64,000 nucleotides of DNA. Source: an uncultured Desulfuromonas sp. (lineage in GTDB: Bacteria > Desulfobacterota > Desulfuromonadia > Desulfuromonadales > Desulfuromonadaceae). Shown in pieces: positions 1-10,500 of the stretch. Position 1 is the stretch's first letter. The number at the start of each line of letters is the position of its first letter. Under the pieces are notes generated by a model that ran no database searches, was not told the DNA's origin, and saw nothing but the letters and a program-made list of their open reading frames with translations. The position numbers were made by a program, and so were the translations under genes. The stretch covers positions 13,197 to 77,196 of the forward strand of contig CAYPNO010000001.1 of NCBI GenBank assembly GCA_964411865.1. Direction: 5' to 3'.

Positions 1-572
1 AGGGTGTCGTCATCCACATCAAGATCTATTTCGCGAATTTCCGGCTGCCCTGTGGTAATCACCTTAGCCACTTGCGGCGCCAACCCTACTGCTGGATCAA
101 ACTCCGCGTGACTGAGGATAGTCCAGCGCTGAATCAACCCATTGGCAAGAACACCGGTGGCGATCTGTTCGGCCTTTTGTTTATCCACATCGCCGCTAAG
201 CAGATACTGCACCGATGTGTACACCGCCTCGCCGGAGGTAAACTTTCGCCCCAGCAGATACTCCAGCGCCTCGCGCGCGGTGCGCCCGGTATTATCGGTA
301 ACTCCGGGACGAAACCCAACTTCTATCAGCACATCGAAATCCTGCGCTAAGGCTTTATCCACGGCATATACCTGAATTATCGGATCGGAAAACGGCCCCT
401 TAGCTGCCGCCTGCAAGTCAGCGGCGCTAAGCTGCGCATCTACCGTATAAACATCTAGTGTGCGCACCTGTTGCAATTCAATACCGAGGTGGTTGCGTAT
501 ATCATTGCGCACCCGCTCTGCGCGTGCATCGCATACCCCATCTTTAAGACCTACAACAATCCTGTTGGCCAT
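1..572 (-). CDS. purL: Phosphoribosylformylglycinamidine (FGAM) synthase, N-terminal part; gene runs off the window start
   Basis: Own translation of the minus strand from ATG at 572-570 (GAGGAG 5 nt upstream) gives MANRIVVGLKDGVCDARAERVRNDIRNHLGIELQQVRTLDVYTVDAQL...FSDPIIQ...GFRPGVTDNTGRTAREALEYLLGR, open to base 1. It resembles the PurS-like N-terminal repeats of long-form PurL as I remember them. It is absent from the ORF track because it is edge-truncated. Confidence 0.6.
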   Translation of the reverse strand, partial: MANRIVVGLKDGVCDARAERVRNDIRNHLGIELQQVRTLDVYTVDAQLSAADLQAAAKGPFSDPIIQVYAVDKALAQDFDVLIEVGFRPGVTDNTGRTAREALEYLLGRKFTSGEAVYTSVQYLLSGDVDKQKAEQIATGVLANGLIQRWTILSHAEFDPAVGLAPQVAKVITTGQPEIREIDLDVDDDT

Positions 573-700
573 ACATTCTCCTCATCCATTCCTCCCCTTC
601 CAGGGGATTCACACCTACCTGAAGTGTGCATCGCACACACTAAATCCACGCATAGTTCGTTATTTAATACAGCTGACAGCGTAGACTTAGATACTCAGAC

Positions 701-1468
701 TCAACAATCGAAACTTTCACTGGCGACTGCCACCTGCCCGACAATCAATTGAGGACGACAGCCGTTCTGCCCATTCAACACCTGATCTAGCTTGTGGCGG
801 GCAAGCTCTACAGTGTTGTTGGTTTCACTCATATGCGCCATAAATACCGCCTGCAGCTCGGGCCAAAGCAGATCTCTAAGCAAATCGGCAGCCTGGCTGT
901 TAGACAGGTGGCCATGACGGCTGCGCACCCGCTGCTTTAAAGGCCAGGGATACGGGCCTTCTTGCAGCATCTGCTCATCGTGATTGGTCTCCAGCACCAG
1001 CACCTGACAACGCTGGAGGCGCTCGCGCACAAGGCGGGTAACGACACCGAGGTCGGTGGCAATTCCAACGCGGGACCTCCCCGCTGTCAACACAAAACCG
1101 ACAGGAGCTACGGCATCGTGGGTAACGGGGAAGGTCTCCACCTCCAGATCATGGAGGCGTAACACTCCGGCCGAGTCTAAGACACAGTGGTCTACAGCTC
1201 CAATACCCGGCAGCGCCGCAAAGGTCTGGGGCAGGCAATACAAAGGTATGTTATAACGCCTGCACAAGGGCCCTGCGCCGCTACAATGGTCTCGGTGTTC
1301 GTGGCTGATGATAACTGCGTCAAGATTCTGCGCCTCTACTCCGATCTCCAGAAGGCGCCGCGTGAGTTCGCGCGCGGAAAGACCGGCATCAATCAGTACC
1401 CGAGTATTGTCGCTCTCAACATATATGGAGTTACCCTTACTCCCACTGGCAAGCTGGCAAACACGCAC
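701..1468 (-). CDS. MBL-fold metallo-hydrolase (YycJ/PhnP-like)
   Basis: 255-aa ORF with the HxHxDH motif (ISHEHRDH) and N-terminal LASGSKGNSIYVE. GTG start with AGGAGAAG about 5 nt upstream. Confidence 0.85.
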   Translation of the reverse strand: MRVCQLASGSKGNSIYVESDNTRVLIDAGLSARELTRRLLEIGVEAQNLDAVIISHEHRDHCSGAGPLCRRYNIPLYCLPQTFAALPGIGAVDHCVLDSAGVLRLHDLEVETFPVTHDAVAPVGFVLTAGRSRVGIATDLGVVTRLVRERLQRCQVLVLETNHDEQMLQEGPYPWPLKQRVRSRHGHLSNSQAADLLRDLLWPELQAVFMAHMSETNNTVELARHKLDQVLNGQNGCRPQLIVGQVAVASESFDC

Positions 1469-1973
1469 CGGTCTTCTCCTGCCGCTTCAAGTCTTATTTC
1501 GCGCGCTATTCGCGTGCTACCCATGTACTATCAAACTGGAATAATCCGAGCAATTATAGCAAGATTAGCACCTGCTCCAGCCTACTCCAAACCTGCTAGT
1601 ACAGGTAGGCAATCCCAGCCTCTACTGCTCGCGCTTTCATAACACAGGTGCAATAAAAGGGCAAGAACACCAGCGCGACCAGCCCCCACTTTATCAACAT
1701 GCTAACGGCGAGACCACACGCCATCCTTCCCCAAGCACTAGCAAACTTTGCACGCACATGCTGCCATGGCTTAAAGCAAACAGTAAACATCGCCTGCCAA
1801 CAATGACTCAAACCCGACCGATCCTTAGTTTCCAGCGCCGCATATCTACTTGACGCTTACCCAGTGGACGTCTATCCTTCATACTTTAGGCGGGCAATCT
1901 GCCTTGCGGCCTCTTTATGGCCTCGGGCTATTCATTTTCTATATACTTTTCAATTTTAAAGGAGCGTGTGTCT

Positions 1974-2981
1974 ATGTCTGTAAAAGTCGCTATCAATGGT
2001 TTTGGCCGTATCGGTAGAAATGTTCTACGCATTGCCCTGAAGTCAACGGGCTTTGAAGTGATAGCTATAAATGACTTGACCGATGCTAAAACGTTGGGTC
2101 ACCTGTTCAAATATGATTCCGTGCATGGAATTTATCCCGGGGAGGTGGAGGTCAAAGGCTCGAACATTATCGTAGATGGTCACTCCATAAAAATTTACAG
2201 CGAAAAAGATCCGGCGGCATTACCTTGGAAGCAAGATGGAATAGATGTAGTCCTTGAATCAACCGGCATGTTTAATAGTCGTGATGCGGCGGCCAAACAC
2301 CTTGAAGCTGGCGCCAAACGAGTCGTACTCAGCGCCCCAGGGAAGAACGCCGACATCACGGTGGTAAAGGGAGTCAACTTTTCTGATTACGACCCAGCAA
2401 AACACCAGGTTATCTCCAACGCTTCCTGCACAACCAACTGCCTGGCACCTGCAGCGCACCTACTGCATAAGCAACTGGGGATTAAGCGTGGCAGCATGAC
2501 CACCATCCACTCTTATACCAACGATCAGAAGATTCTTGACCTGCCGCATAAAGATCTGCGCCGCGCACGTGCAGCAGCAGTCTCCATGATTCCGACCACG
2601 ACAGGTGCAACCAACGCAGTGGCCATGGTTGTTCCTGAACTCAAAGGGCGCCTCTCGGGGATAGCTATCCGCGTTCCAACCCCCAACGTATCCCTAGTTG
2701 ACTTTGTATTTGAAGCCGAGAAGGACACCTCAGTTGAAGAAATCAATACCCTGATGCTGGAAGCAGCAGCCAGTGGTGAACTTAAGGGGGTTCTTGAATA
2801 CTGCGACGAGCCTTTAGTCTCCAAGGATTTTAACGGCAATCCCGCATCATGCATCTATGATGCCCTGAGTACCGCAGTTCTGCAGGAACGGATGGTCAAA
2901 GTGCTACTATGGTACGATAACGAGTGGGGCTACTCTGCACGGGTTGTAGATCTCCTGAACCTGGTAGCGACTAAAAAATAG
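1974..2981 (+). CDS. gap: Glyceraldehyde-3-phosphate dehydrogenase (type I)
   Basis: MSVKVAINGFGRIGR Rossmann start and catalytic SNASCTTNCLAP. ORF trimmed to the ATG at 1974, which has AAGGAG at 1959-1964. Confidence 0.97.
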   Translation: MSVKVAINGFGRIGRNVLRIALKSTGFEVIAINDLTDAKTLGHLFKYDSVHGIYPGEVEVKGSNIIVDGHSIKIYSEKDPAALPWKQDGIDVVLESTGMFNSRDAAAKHLEAGAKRVVLSAPGKNADITVVKGVNFSDYDPAKHQVISNASCTTNCLAPAAHLLHKQLGIKRGSMTTIHSYTNDQKILDLPHKDLRRARAAAVSMIPTTTGATNAVAMVVPELKGRLSGIAIRVPTPNVSLVDFVFEAEKDTSVEEINTLMLEAAASGELKGVLEYCDEPLVSKDFNGNPASCIYDALSTAVLQERMVKVLLWYDNEWGYSARVVDLLNLVATKK

Positions 2982-3031
2982 TAGCGAAGCCGCACCGTCA
3001 TCATTTAATTCTATGTGGAGTTATTGCTTAG

Positions 3032-4225
3032 ATGCTCAACAAATGTTCCATTACAGATTTGGAGCTGCACGGCGAACGTGTGTTTTGCCGAGTTGACTTC
3101 AACGTGCCCCTAAATGAAGACGGCACTGTTGCTGACGATACACGTATAGTGGCCGCCCTGCCGACCATTAACCATATATTAGCTAAAGGGGGACGCCTCA
3201 TCTTGGCGTCCCACCTTGGGCGCCCTAAAGGAAAACGTGCGCCTGAATTCAGTTTGGCACCGGTAGCACCACACCTCGCTCAACTCCTCGGACATCCGGT
3301 TACAATGGCACCTGACTGCGTAGGCTCTGAGGTAGAAGATCTCGTTACCAATATGAGCAACGGTGACGTGGTGTTGCTGGAAAATGTGCGCTTTCACCCA
3401 GAAGAAGAGAAGAACGCGCCGGAGTTTAGCGCTCAACTTGCGCGCTTGGGCGATATCTATGTAAATGATGCCTTCGGCACTGCCCATCGTGCTCACGCCT
3501 CTACCGAAGGGGTTGCACATCTGCTTAAGCCTGCAGTTGCGGGATTCCTGATGGTAAAAGAACTTGAATATCTGGGCAAAGCATTGGAGAACCCGAAACG
3601 TCCATTTGTCGCTATCCTCGGAGGTGCAAAGGTTCATGATAAAATCCCGGTCATAACGAACTTACTCGACAAGGTTGACACCCTCCTCATCGGAGGTGGC
3701 ATGGCTTACACCTTTTTGCGCGCCATGGATTTTGAGGTAGGAAAGTCGTTATTAGAGAGTGAGCATGTGGAACTAGCTGCTTCTCTTTTAAAGCAGGCGA
3801 AAGCAAAGGGGGTTGAGCTAAAACTTCCCGTGGACCACATTGTCGCCCTAGAATTCAGCAACAACTCACCGATACAGATAACCGTCGATGCCAACGTCCC
3901 AATCTCCAGCATGGGACTGGATATAGGACCAAAAACCCTGAGCCTTTACACCGATATCATAAAACAAGCGGCCACTGTAGTATGGAACGGACCCATGGGA
4001 GTGTTCGAGATGAACAACTTCGCCCACGGCACCATGGAAGTAGCACGCGCTATGGCAGAATCCAATGCAGTGACCATCATTGGCGGAGGGGATTCTGTCG
4101 CGGCTGTAAACATAGCTGGTCTAAATGCTGCTATGACCCATATATCCACCGGCGGTGGAGCTTCCCTGGAACTACTGGAAGGCAAAACCCTGCCCGGAGT
4201 TGCCGCCCTTACGGACAAAGAATAA
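3032..4225 (+). CDS. pgk: Phosphoglycerate kinase
   Basis: 397 aa with [15 protein letters not shown] and GGGDSVAA motifs. Follows gap. Confidence 0.97.
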   Translation: MLNKCSITDLELHGERVFCRVDFNVPLNEDGTVADDTRIVAALPTINHILAKGGRLILASHLGRPKGKRAPEFSLAPVAPHLAQLLGHPVTMAPDCVGSEVEDLVTNMSNGDVVLLENVRFHPEEEKNAPEFSAQLARLGDIYVNDAFGTAHRAHASTEGVAHLLKPAVAGFLMVKELEYLGKALENPKRPFVAILGGAKVHDKIPVITNLLDKVDTLLIGGGMAYTFLRAMDFEVGKSLLESEHVELAASLLKQAKAKGVELKLPVDHIVALEFSNNSPIQITVDANVPISSMGLDIGPKTLSLYTDIIKQAATVVWNGPMGVFEMNNFAHGTMEVARAMAESNAVTIIGGGDSVAAVNIAGLNAAMTHISTGGGASLELLEGKTLPGVAALTDKE

Positions 4226-4241
4226 CGTGCAGGAGAAAAAT

Positions 4242-5024
4242 ATGCGTAGACCCTTGATAGCTGGAAACTGGAAACTGCACAAAACCATAGCAGAAGCTGA
4301 AGAACTCACCCAGACCCTGCGTGACAAGCTCGCCGATGTACGCAACACAGACATCATGCTGGCACCCTCCTTTACTGCGATACCCGCTGTGGCAAAGTTG
4401 TGTCGCACAAGTGCCATCCAGGTCGGGGGGCAAAATTGTCACCCAGAGCCACAGGGAGCATTTACGGGGGAGGTATCTGCAACACAACTCAAAGATGCGG
4501 GCTGCGCATTTGTCATCCTGGGACACTCAGAACGACGCCAGATTTTTGGGGAAAATGATGCTTTTATCAATGCCAAGGTACATGCCGTTTTGCGCGAAGA
4601 GATGCAGGCGATACTATGCATAGGTGAAACCCTGGAGCAGCGCGAGCAAGGCAACTTGTTTGATGTGCTCAACAGCCAGATTAAACGTGGATTGAAGGAT
4701 GTAAGTGCCGAGCAGATGGAGTACGTAGTTATAGCCTATGAGCCCATATGGGCTATCGGCACGGGTAAAACCGCCAGCAGCAATGACGCCGCCGAAGTAC
4801 ACGCCTATATTCGCGGGCTACTACAAGGGCTCTACTCTTCCGCGATAGCACAAAGCACACGCATTATATACGGCGGCAGCGTCAAGGCAGACAACATCAG
4901 CGCCCTGATGGCAGAAGCGGATATTGACGGCGCTCTCGTAGGTGGTGCTAGTCTCAACGCCGCCGATTTTGCAGCCATTGCTAATTTCCCCCGCCCACTG
5001 CATATGTCAAATAATGGCAGATAA
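4242..5024 (+). CDS. tpiA: Triose-phosphate isomerase
   Basis: MRRPLIAGNWKLH start, GHSERR and AYEPIWAIGTG motifs. Trimmed to the ATG at 4242 with AGGAG at 4231-4235. Confidence 0.96.
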   Translation: MRRPLIAGNWKLHKTIAEAEELTQTLRDKLADVRNTDIMLAPSFTAIPAVAKLCRTSAIQVGGQNCHPEPQGAFTGEVSATQLKDAGCAFVILGHSERRQIFGENDAFINAKVHAVLREEMQAILCIGETLEQREQGNLFDVLNSQIKRGLKDVSAEQMEYVVIAYEPIWAIGTGKTASSNDAAEVHAYIRGLLQGLYSSAIAQSTRIIYGGSVKADNISALMAEADIDGALVGGASLNAADFAAIANFPRPLHMSNNGR

Positions 5025-5212
5025 GCTGAAAATTGCTAGCGCACAAAAACCTATTATGCTAGGGTTTTCGCCCAGCTGTAGTAGCAGTTTTGTTGTTTCA
5101 GGCTTAGTTTTCAGCGCTGTACCATGCGAGGACACTTAAACTAGCGCCTGCCATAGGTGAGACATGCAAACTACACAGCATCTTTACTTAACAATCGGAG
5201 TAGACTAATCAC

Positions 5213-5557
5213 ATGACGACCACTGTACTTCTGATAATCCACGTTATGGTTTCAATATCATTGGTAATCATCGTTTTACTTCAAGCCGGCAAAGGAGCAG
5301 AAACTGGTGCTTCCTTCGGCGGTGGAGCAAGCCAGACCATGTTTGGTGCAAGCGGCGGGCAAACATTTCTAAGCAAATCGACCACGTTGATAGCCGCTAT
5401 CTTTATGCTCACTAGCCTCTCACTGGCATACTTTCATGACCAAGACGGCGCTGGCAGCATAATGCCGGAGCAGGTTAAAACACAAAACACAGCACCACAA
5501 CCTGCCCCAACAGCCGAAAGCTCTCCAGCACAGGCACCTTCTTCGCTAACAGAATGA
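5213..5557 (+). CDS. secG: Preprotein translocase subunit SecG
   Basis: 114 aa with a two-TM pattern, LLQAGKGAETGASFGG...MFG motif and a Pro/Ala-rich tail. Canonical position after tpiA. Confidence 0.9.
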   Translation: MTTTVLLIIHVMVSISLVIIVLLQAGKGAETGASFGGGASQTMFGASGGQTFLSKSTTLIAAIFMLTSLSLAYFHDQDGAGSIMPEQVKTQNTAPQPAPTAESSPAQAPSSLTE

Positions 5558-5606
5558 TTTCTGGGTTGACAGCAATAGACTAAATACGTATAAAGAGCCC
5601 TGCAAC

Positions 5607-5693
5607 GCCGAAGTGGTGGAACTGGTAGACACGCCATCTTGAGGGGGTGGTGGCCAATAGGTCGTGCGAGTTCGAGTCTCGCCTTCGGCACCA
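5607..5693 (+). tRNA. tRNA-Leu (anticodon GAG), class II, CCA encoded
   Basis: Hand-folded. Acceptor GCCGAAG/CTTCGGC, anticodon stem CCATC/GGTGG with loop TTGAGGG (U33, GAG, G37), long variable arm, T-arm GAGTTCGAGTCTC, 3' ACCA. 87 nt. Confidence 0.9.
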
Positions 5694-5703
5694 ACAAAAA
5701 TCA

Positions 5704-5740
5704 AGCCCGACTACACTAAGTGGTCGGGCTTTTTATTTTT
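5704..5740 (+). terminator. Rho-independent terminator after tRNA-Leu
   Basis: AGCCCGAC (5704-5711) pairs with GTCGGGCT (5723-5730), followed by TTTTTATTTTT. Confidence 0.85.
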
Positions 5741-5751
5741 GAGTCTACACC

Positions 5752-5784
5752 AAAAAAAGGATGGGTTACATCCCATCAAAAAAA
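5752..5784. terminator. A7-hairpin-A7 element, possible bidirectional terminator
   Basis: AAAAAAA GGATGGG TTACA TCCCATC AAAAAAA. A 6-7 bp stem flanked by A runs on one strand and T runs on the other. Confidence 0.45.
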
Positions 5785-6084
5785 CTGATCAAATTCTCTT
5801 CCTTGTTTTAACTACACAATATTTTTTCTCTCAATCGATAATTTCCAAAGCTTTTAAAACCATATGCTCTGCATTGAAATACCCGCTGGCGGCATTTAAC
5901 CGAAGATCGGGCTGGAGCCAAGTCGGTCTCTGATTTTGAAGTGCCCGGCTCGGTGGCCAAATCAACCCTCTCCGGCGTTCCATAGTTGCGCCACATCCGA
6001 GAGCTTGTAGGCGAAAAGGTTCACTTCTGACCAGTAATACCTCCCTGCAAAGCCGAGGGCTTTATAGGTGAACCGCTCAAAGCG

Positions 6085-6560
6085 TTAGCTTAACCCCTCG
6101 GGCCGCCTAAAGGCGACTGCAACTATCTGAGTAGCTTCAACTGACGGGCCTATAGCTTCAACTTCTTGATTCCAAATATAGTTTCGGATCACTTCCTTAT
6201 CTCGTCCCACCGTTGCGACAAAGTACCCTCTTGCCCAAAAGCTCTCCTCTGTAAAATTACGCGTCCGGCCTCCAAATTGGCGTACGCTATTAATGGTACT
6301 CTTACCCTTTGATGTAACCGGCGACCTGAGTAACCGCAAAACTTTGGCGGAATTGCGATATCCACATGAATATTAAATTGCCTTCTATTATCAAGCTCTC
6401 GCCAATTCCCGTATCACGTTGCCCAGATGTTGCCGGAGTAGTCCATAAAGAACTTTTTTGCGACACTTTGGTATCCAACCGATGCGGTATTTGCAGTTCC
6501 AAACTGAATGACATAAACTTGGAGTGTGTTTTGTTGAAAGCCTACTTTTCTGAGAACTTT
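6085..6560 (-). pseudogene. tnpA: IS200/IS605-family Y1 transposase (TnpA) remnant, frameshifted
   Basis: Three minus-strand frames each carry part of a TnpA. Own translation near 6440-6510 gives HSVWNCKYRIGWIPKCRKKVLYGLLRQHLG. ORF 6302-6514 ends ...AVTQVAGYIKG. ORF 6085-6339 gives KGKSTINSVRQFGGRTRNFTEESFWARGYFVATVGRDKEVIRNYIWNQE. There is no intact start and at least 2 frameshifts. The outer boundaries are approximate. Confidence 0.65.
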
Positions 6561-7207
6561 GAGCAGTTCACAGAGGGAGGTGTTCAATTACTCCCTGAAT
6601 TCTAAAGCTGTTAAAGTCCCCCAGCAAAGTTGGGGAATTACTCTTAATATTTAGGACGCAAACGGCTACCCTATTTTGCAGAATTTCTCCAGATGCTTTA
6701 CGCAGGGAGGCTGACACGAAAAACTTTTGCTCAGTATCGCGACAATCGCTGGCTGCTCAGTGAAAACACTATCTCGCATTTTTTCACCTACAATGAATGC
6801 CTGACCGATCCACGGGCAGCGCTGGTCGATGGCATAGAAGTTGGTGGAATTCGGCCCGATCAGCAGCAGAACATGAATCAGGCATAATTACGTACTTTCA
6901 GTAACATAGCAACATTGCAACACCTTACCCTTCTGCTGTTAGCTAGTCTGGCAACTGACTGCCTTATTCCACTGCAGCTGAGTTCAATTTATTGTATTTT
7001 ATGAAAAATAGTGGCAATATTAACAATGAATATTCGAGGCAAGAAAAGGCGCTGCGACGACATTAATGGGCATACGTACAACTTCGCCATAAAGTTATAA
7101 AGACAACATCCGGGACTTTAAATATTAGCTAACCTACCCACCATTACGCTAATCAAAAAGCCCAATCTAGCCAATTTTAAGATTACCTATAAGGGAGCCG
7201 CAAAGGA

Positions 7208-7525
7208 ATGAACTCAATCGATTTCGACCGCAACAAACAATTCTGCAAAGTGACCTTACCCTCCCATTTTACCGCAAAACTGATCCCAGAACTACAGTCC
7301 GCCTTGAAGCAGTTGCTTGCAGATGGGGTTACTGACGTTGAGTTTAATTTAAGCGCAACCCAGATGCTTGATTCCAGCGGTATCGGGTTGCTGACAGCAA
7401 CTAGCAACAGTTTGGCAAAGCACAATGGTAGTATTAAAGTCTCAGGAGTCTCGCCTGAAATTCAACGACTCCTGCAAATGATGCGTCTGTCAAGTCGGCT
7501 TAATGTCAGTGGCTATGAAAGTTAA
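7208..7525 (+). CDS. STAS-domain anti-sigma-factor antagonist (SpoIIAA/RsbV-like)
   Basis: 105 aa with the DSSGIGLL motif containing the candidate phospho-serine. Typical STAS length. First gene of the che cluster. Confidence 0.8.
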   Translation: MNSIDFDRNKQFCKVTLPSHFTAKLIPELQSALKQLLADGVTDVEFNLSATQMLDSSGIGLLTATSNSLAKHNGSIKVSGVSPEIQRLLQMMRLSSRLNVSGYES

Positions 7526-7536
7526 GAGGATTTGCT

Positions 7537-10500
7537 ATGGACGATGAACTGCTACAAGATTTTATCACTGAAGCCAACGAACACCTGTCCGACATTGAAA
7601 CCGACCTGCTGACAATTGAAGTCAACGGCGAAAACGTTAACCTTGAACTTGTTAATAAAGTTTTTCGTGCCGCGCATTCAATCAAGGGGGGCAGTGGCTT
7701 CTTTGGCTTAGAAAACGTTAAAGAGCTGGCACATAAGGCAGAAACCGTTTTAGATATGTTAAGAGCTGAAAAGATGTTCTCTAACGCCGAGGTTACCAAT
7801 GTCCTGTTGAGCGCATTTGACCAGCTCAGAGACATGATAAACAACCCCGGCGAAAGTGAAGAGGCGGACATCTCGGAGCTGGTTATAGCACTCAACGGGC
7901 TGGCGTCATCGTACCTACCTGCTGAACAGAAGGAATCTTTGACCAGCAAAGCAGTTCTTACCAGCGCTAAAACCACCGCAGAGACAATTCTCCCGCAAGT
8001 TGATGTTGATCGCTCCAAACGCACTGGTCAATATATCTACAGAGTAAAATACGACTTGATCCATGATATCGAAAAACAGGGGATCACTGTTCTTAAGCTG
8101 TTTAACAGCCTGTGCGAAAAAGGTGAAATATTAGACAGCGGTCTTGATTTTGATGCTGTGGGTTCACTGGATGATGAGATTGGCAACCAACTCCCTTTTC
8201 TCCTTATTTATGCAGTTAACCTGCCGCCAAAACAGGCGGCTGAGCTCCTGCTTGTAGATGTAGAGAGGATTGAACAGTTAAGTACTCTGCCAACATCTCC
8301 AAAAACGGCAACTGAAGGAGCTCATGCGTTAGCGCCAATGGCTCCTGAACCTCAACCAAATGTGACAACCTCACCTCAACCTGCCAAACCTAAGATTGCA
8401 CCTGCGTCAACCAAACCAGAACCTCCGCCAGTAAAGTCTAAAGCTGCGGTGGAAGAAACCTTGAGAATTAGCGTTACCCTGCTGGAAAATCTGATGACTC
8501 TAGCTGGCGAACTGGTACTCGGGCGCAATCAACTACATGCAGCAATAACTAAAAACAACCCTCAAGCCCTTGCTGTGGCAGACCAACACTTAAATCATGT
8601 CACCAGTGAGCTGCAGGATGCCATCATGCAGACTCGATTACAGCCAATCGGGAATGTGTTCAGTAAGTTTACCCGAGTTGTCCGCGACATGGCAAAAGCA
8701 CTGGAGAAAGAAATCCAGATCGATATTCGTGGCAAGGATGTTGAGTTGGATCGCAGTTTAATCGAAGGATTATCCGATCCGTTAACCCACATGGTGCGCA
8801 ATGCTGTAGACCATGGGCTGGAAACTCCGGATGCACGGCTCCAATGCGGAAAGAAGCCAGGAGGGACGCTAATCATTGATGCTCGCCACGAAGCTGGCAA
8901 AGTGGTGGTGGAAATTTCCGATGATGGGCGCGGAATTGATCCGGAAAAAATAGCACAATCTGCACTTACCAAAGGGCTGATCAGTACTGAAAAACTCCAG
9001 GCAATGAACGCACAGGACAAGCTAGCGTTGATTTTCATGCCCGGCTTGTCAACAGTCGCTAAAGTCTCGGAATTCTCAGGCCGTGGTGTAGGCATGGATG
9101 TGGTGAAAACCAACCTTAACCAGCTGGGAGGACAGGTTGAAATCAGCTCTGAGGTTGGCAAGGGAACCTGCTTCCAGATCAAATTGCCCCTGACACTGGC
9201 GATTATTCCGTCTCTGATTATTTCTCTTGAAAATGAGCGATTCGCCATTCCTCAAATCAATGTTGAAGAGCTGTTGCGGATTCGCGCAGAAGATATTAAG
9301 CGGCGCATTGAGATTGTTGGGGGTGTTGAAGTACTACTGTTGCGCGATAAGACGTTGCCACTGGTTCGTTTTGATCAACTCCTTGGGATCGTACCAACCT
9401 ACCAGGATCCGGCCACTGGCAAACAGGAGATTGACCGCCGTACGACACTAGCAGATCGACGTTCCCCTAATCATCCATTCATGCCTGAAGAACAACAGAA
9501 CAACCAGACAAGTGAACAACCGCGCTCTGATGGTCGCAGAAAGCGTCCGCACAGCGCCATGGAAATCGCGGTCATCAATACAGGAAGTCAGAGCTATGGA
9601 CTGGTGGTTGGTGGTTTTCATGATACTGAAGAAATTGTGGTCAAACCCCTTGGGCGTTATCTCCGCGGTCTGACTGAATACGCCGGCGCAACTATCCTTG
9701 GAGATGGAACCGTTGCATTAATAATTGACGCTATGGGCTTGGCAGACAAGGCAAAATTATCCTTGGTTTCAGGATCGCAGCGTGCCCTCGAGATAAGCGA
9801 AGAAGCCGAACGTGAGCGCCTGAAAGACAGGCACTCGCTACTGTTATTCCAAAATGCGAGAGATGAAAACTGCGCTATTTCTCTGGACAATGTGCTGCGG
9901 ATTGAACGTATCACGTCAAGTCAGGTCGAAATGCAAGGCAACAGTCGCACCATGCAGTACCGAGGGGCCTCACTGCCTCTGGTAACTCTGGCGGATACCG
10001 CACAGATGAAACCACTGGGAGATGATCAGGACCTGGTTGTTCTGGTTTCACAAGTCAATAATCGAGAGGTCGGCCTACTAGGGGCGTTGCCAGTTGATGT
10101 GGTTGAGAGCAGTAATATCATCGATACCAGCACCCACCGCCAAACAGGGGTGATCGGCTCAACAATTATTCAAGGAACAACCATCCTGATTGCTGATATC
10201 TATGAACTAGTTACCGAAGTGTACCCAAAGTGGGGAGCCGCAAAAACAGTCCCAACGCTTGCAACAGAAACTCAATCTATACCTGACTCATCCTCTCCAG
10301 CACCCTCTCAAGCGACAACCTTGCTCCTGGCAGAAGATTCTGATTTTTTTCGTAACCAGGTACAACGCTATTTGGAGGAGGCCGGTTACCATGTTCTGGC
10401 TGCATCTGATGGCCAGGCCGCCTGGGAAATGCTGCTGGAAAATATCGAACAGGTCAGCCTGGTTGTAACTGATATTGAGATGCCACGCCTAAACGGACTG

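Noticed and set aside
72-684. Several plus-strand ORFs of 60-93 aa at the window start (72-350, 142-375, 460-684, 471-752)
   Set aside because: They are antisense to, or out of frame with, a clean minus-strand purL N-terminus that has a good RBS and recognisable sequence. Their products are low-complexity and Arg/Ser/Pro-rich.
1596-1811. 71-aa minus-strand ORF between the MBL hydrolase and gap
   Set aside because: No RBS and no recognisable motif; Cys/Trp-rich and odd in composition. It lies in the divergent promoter region. I cannot support it as a gene.
6366-6887. ORFs 6366-6605 (+) and 6693-6887 (+) near the IS remnant
   Set aside because: The first is antisense to the tnpA fragments. 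The second has no RBS or motif and may be a leftover fragment. Neither is supportable.
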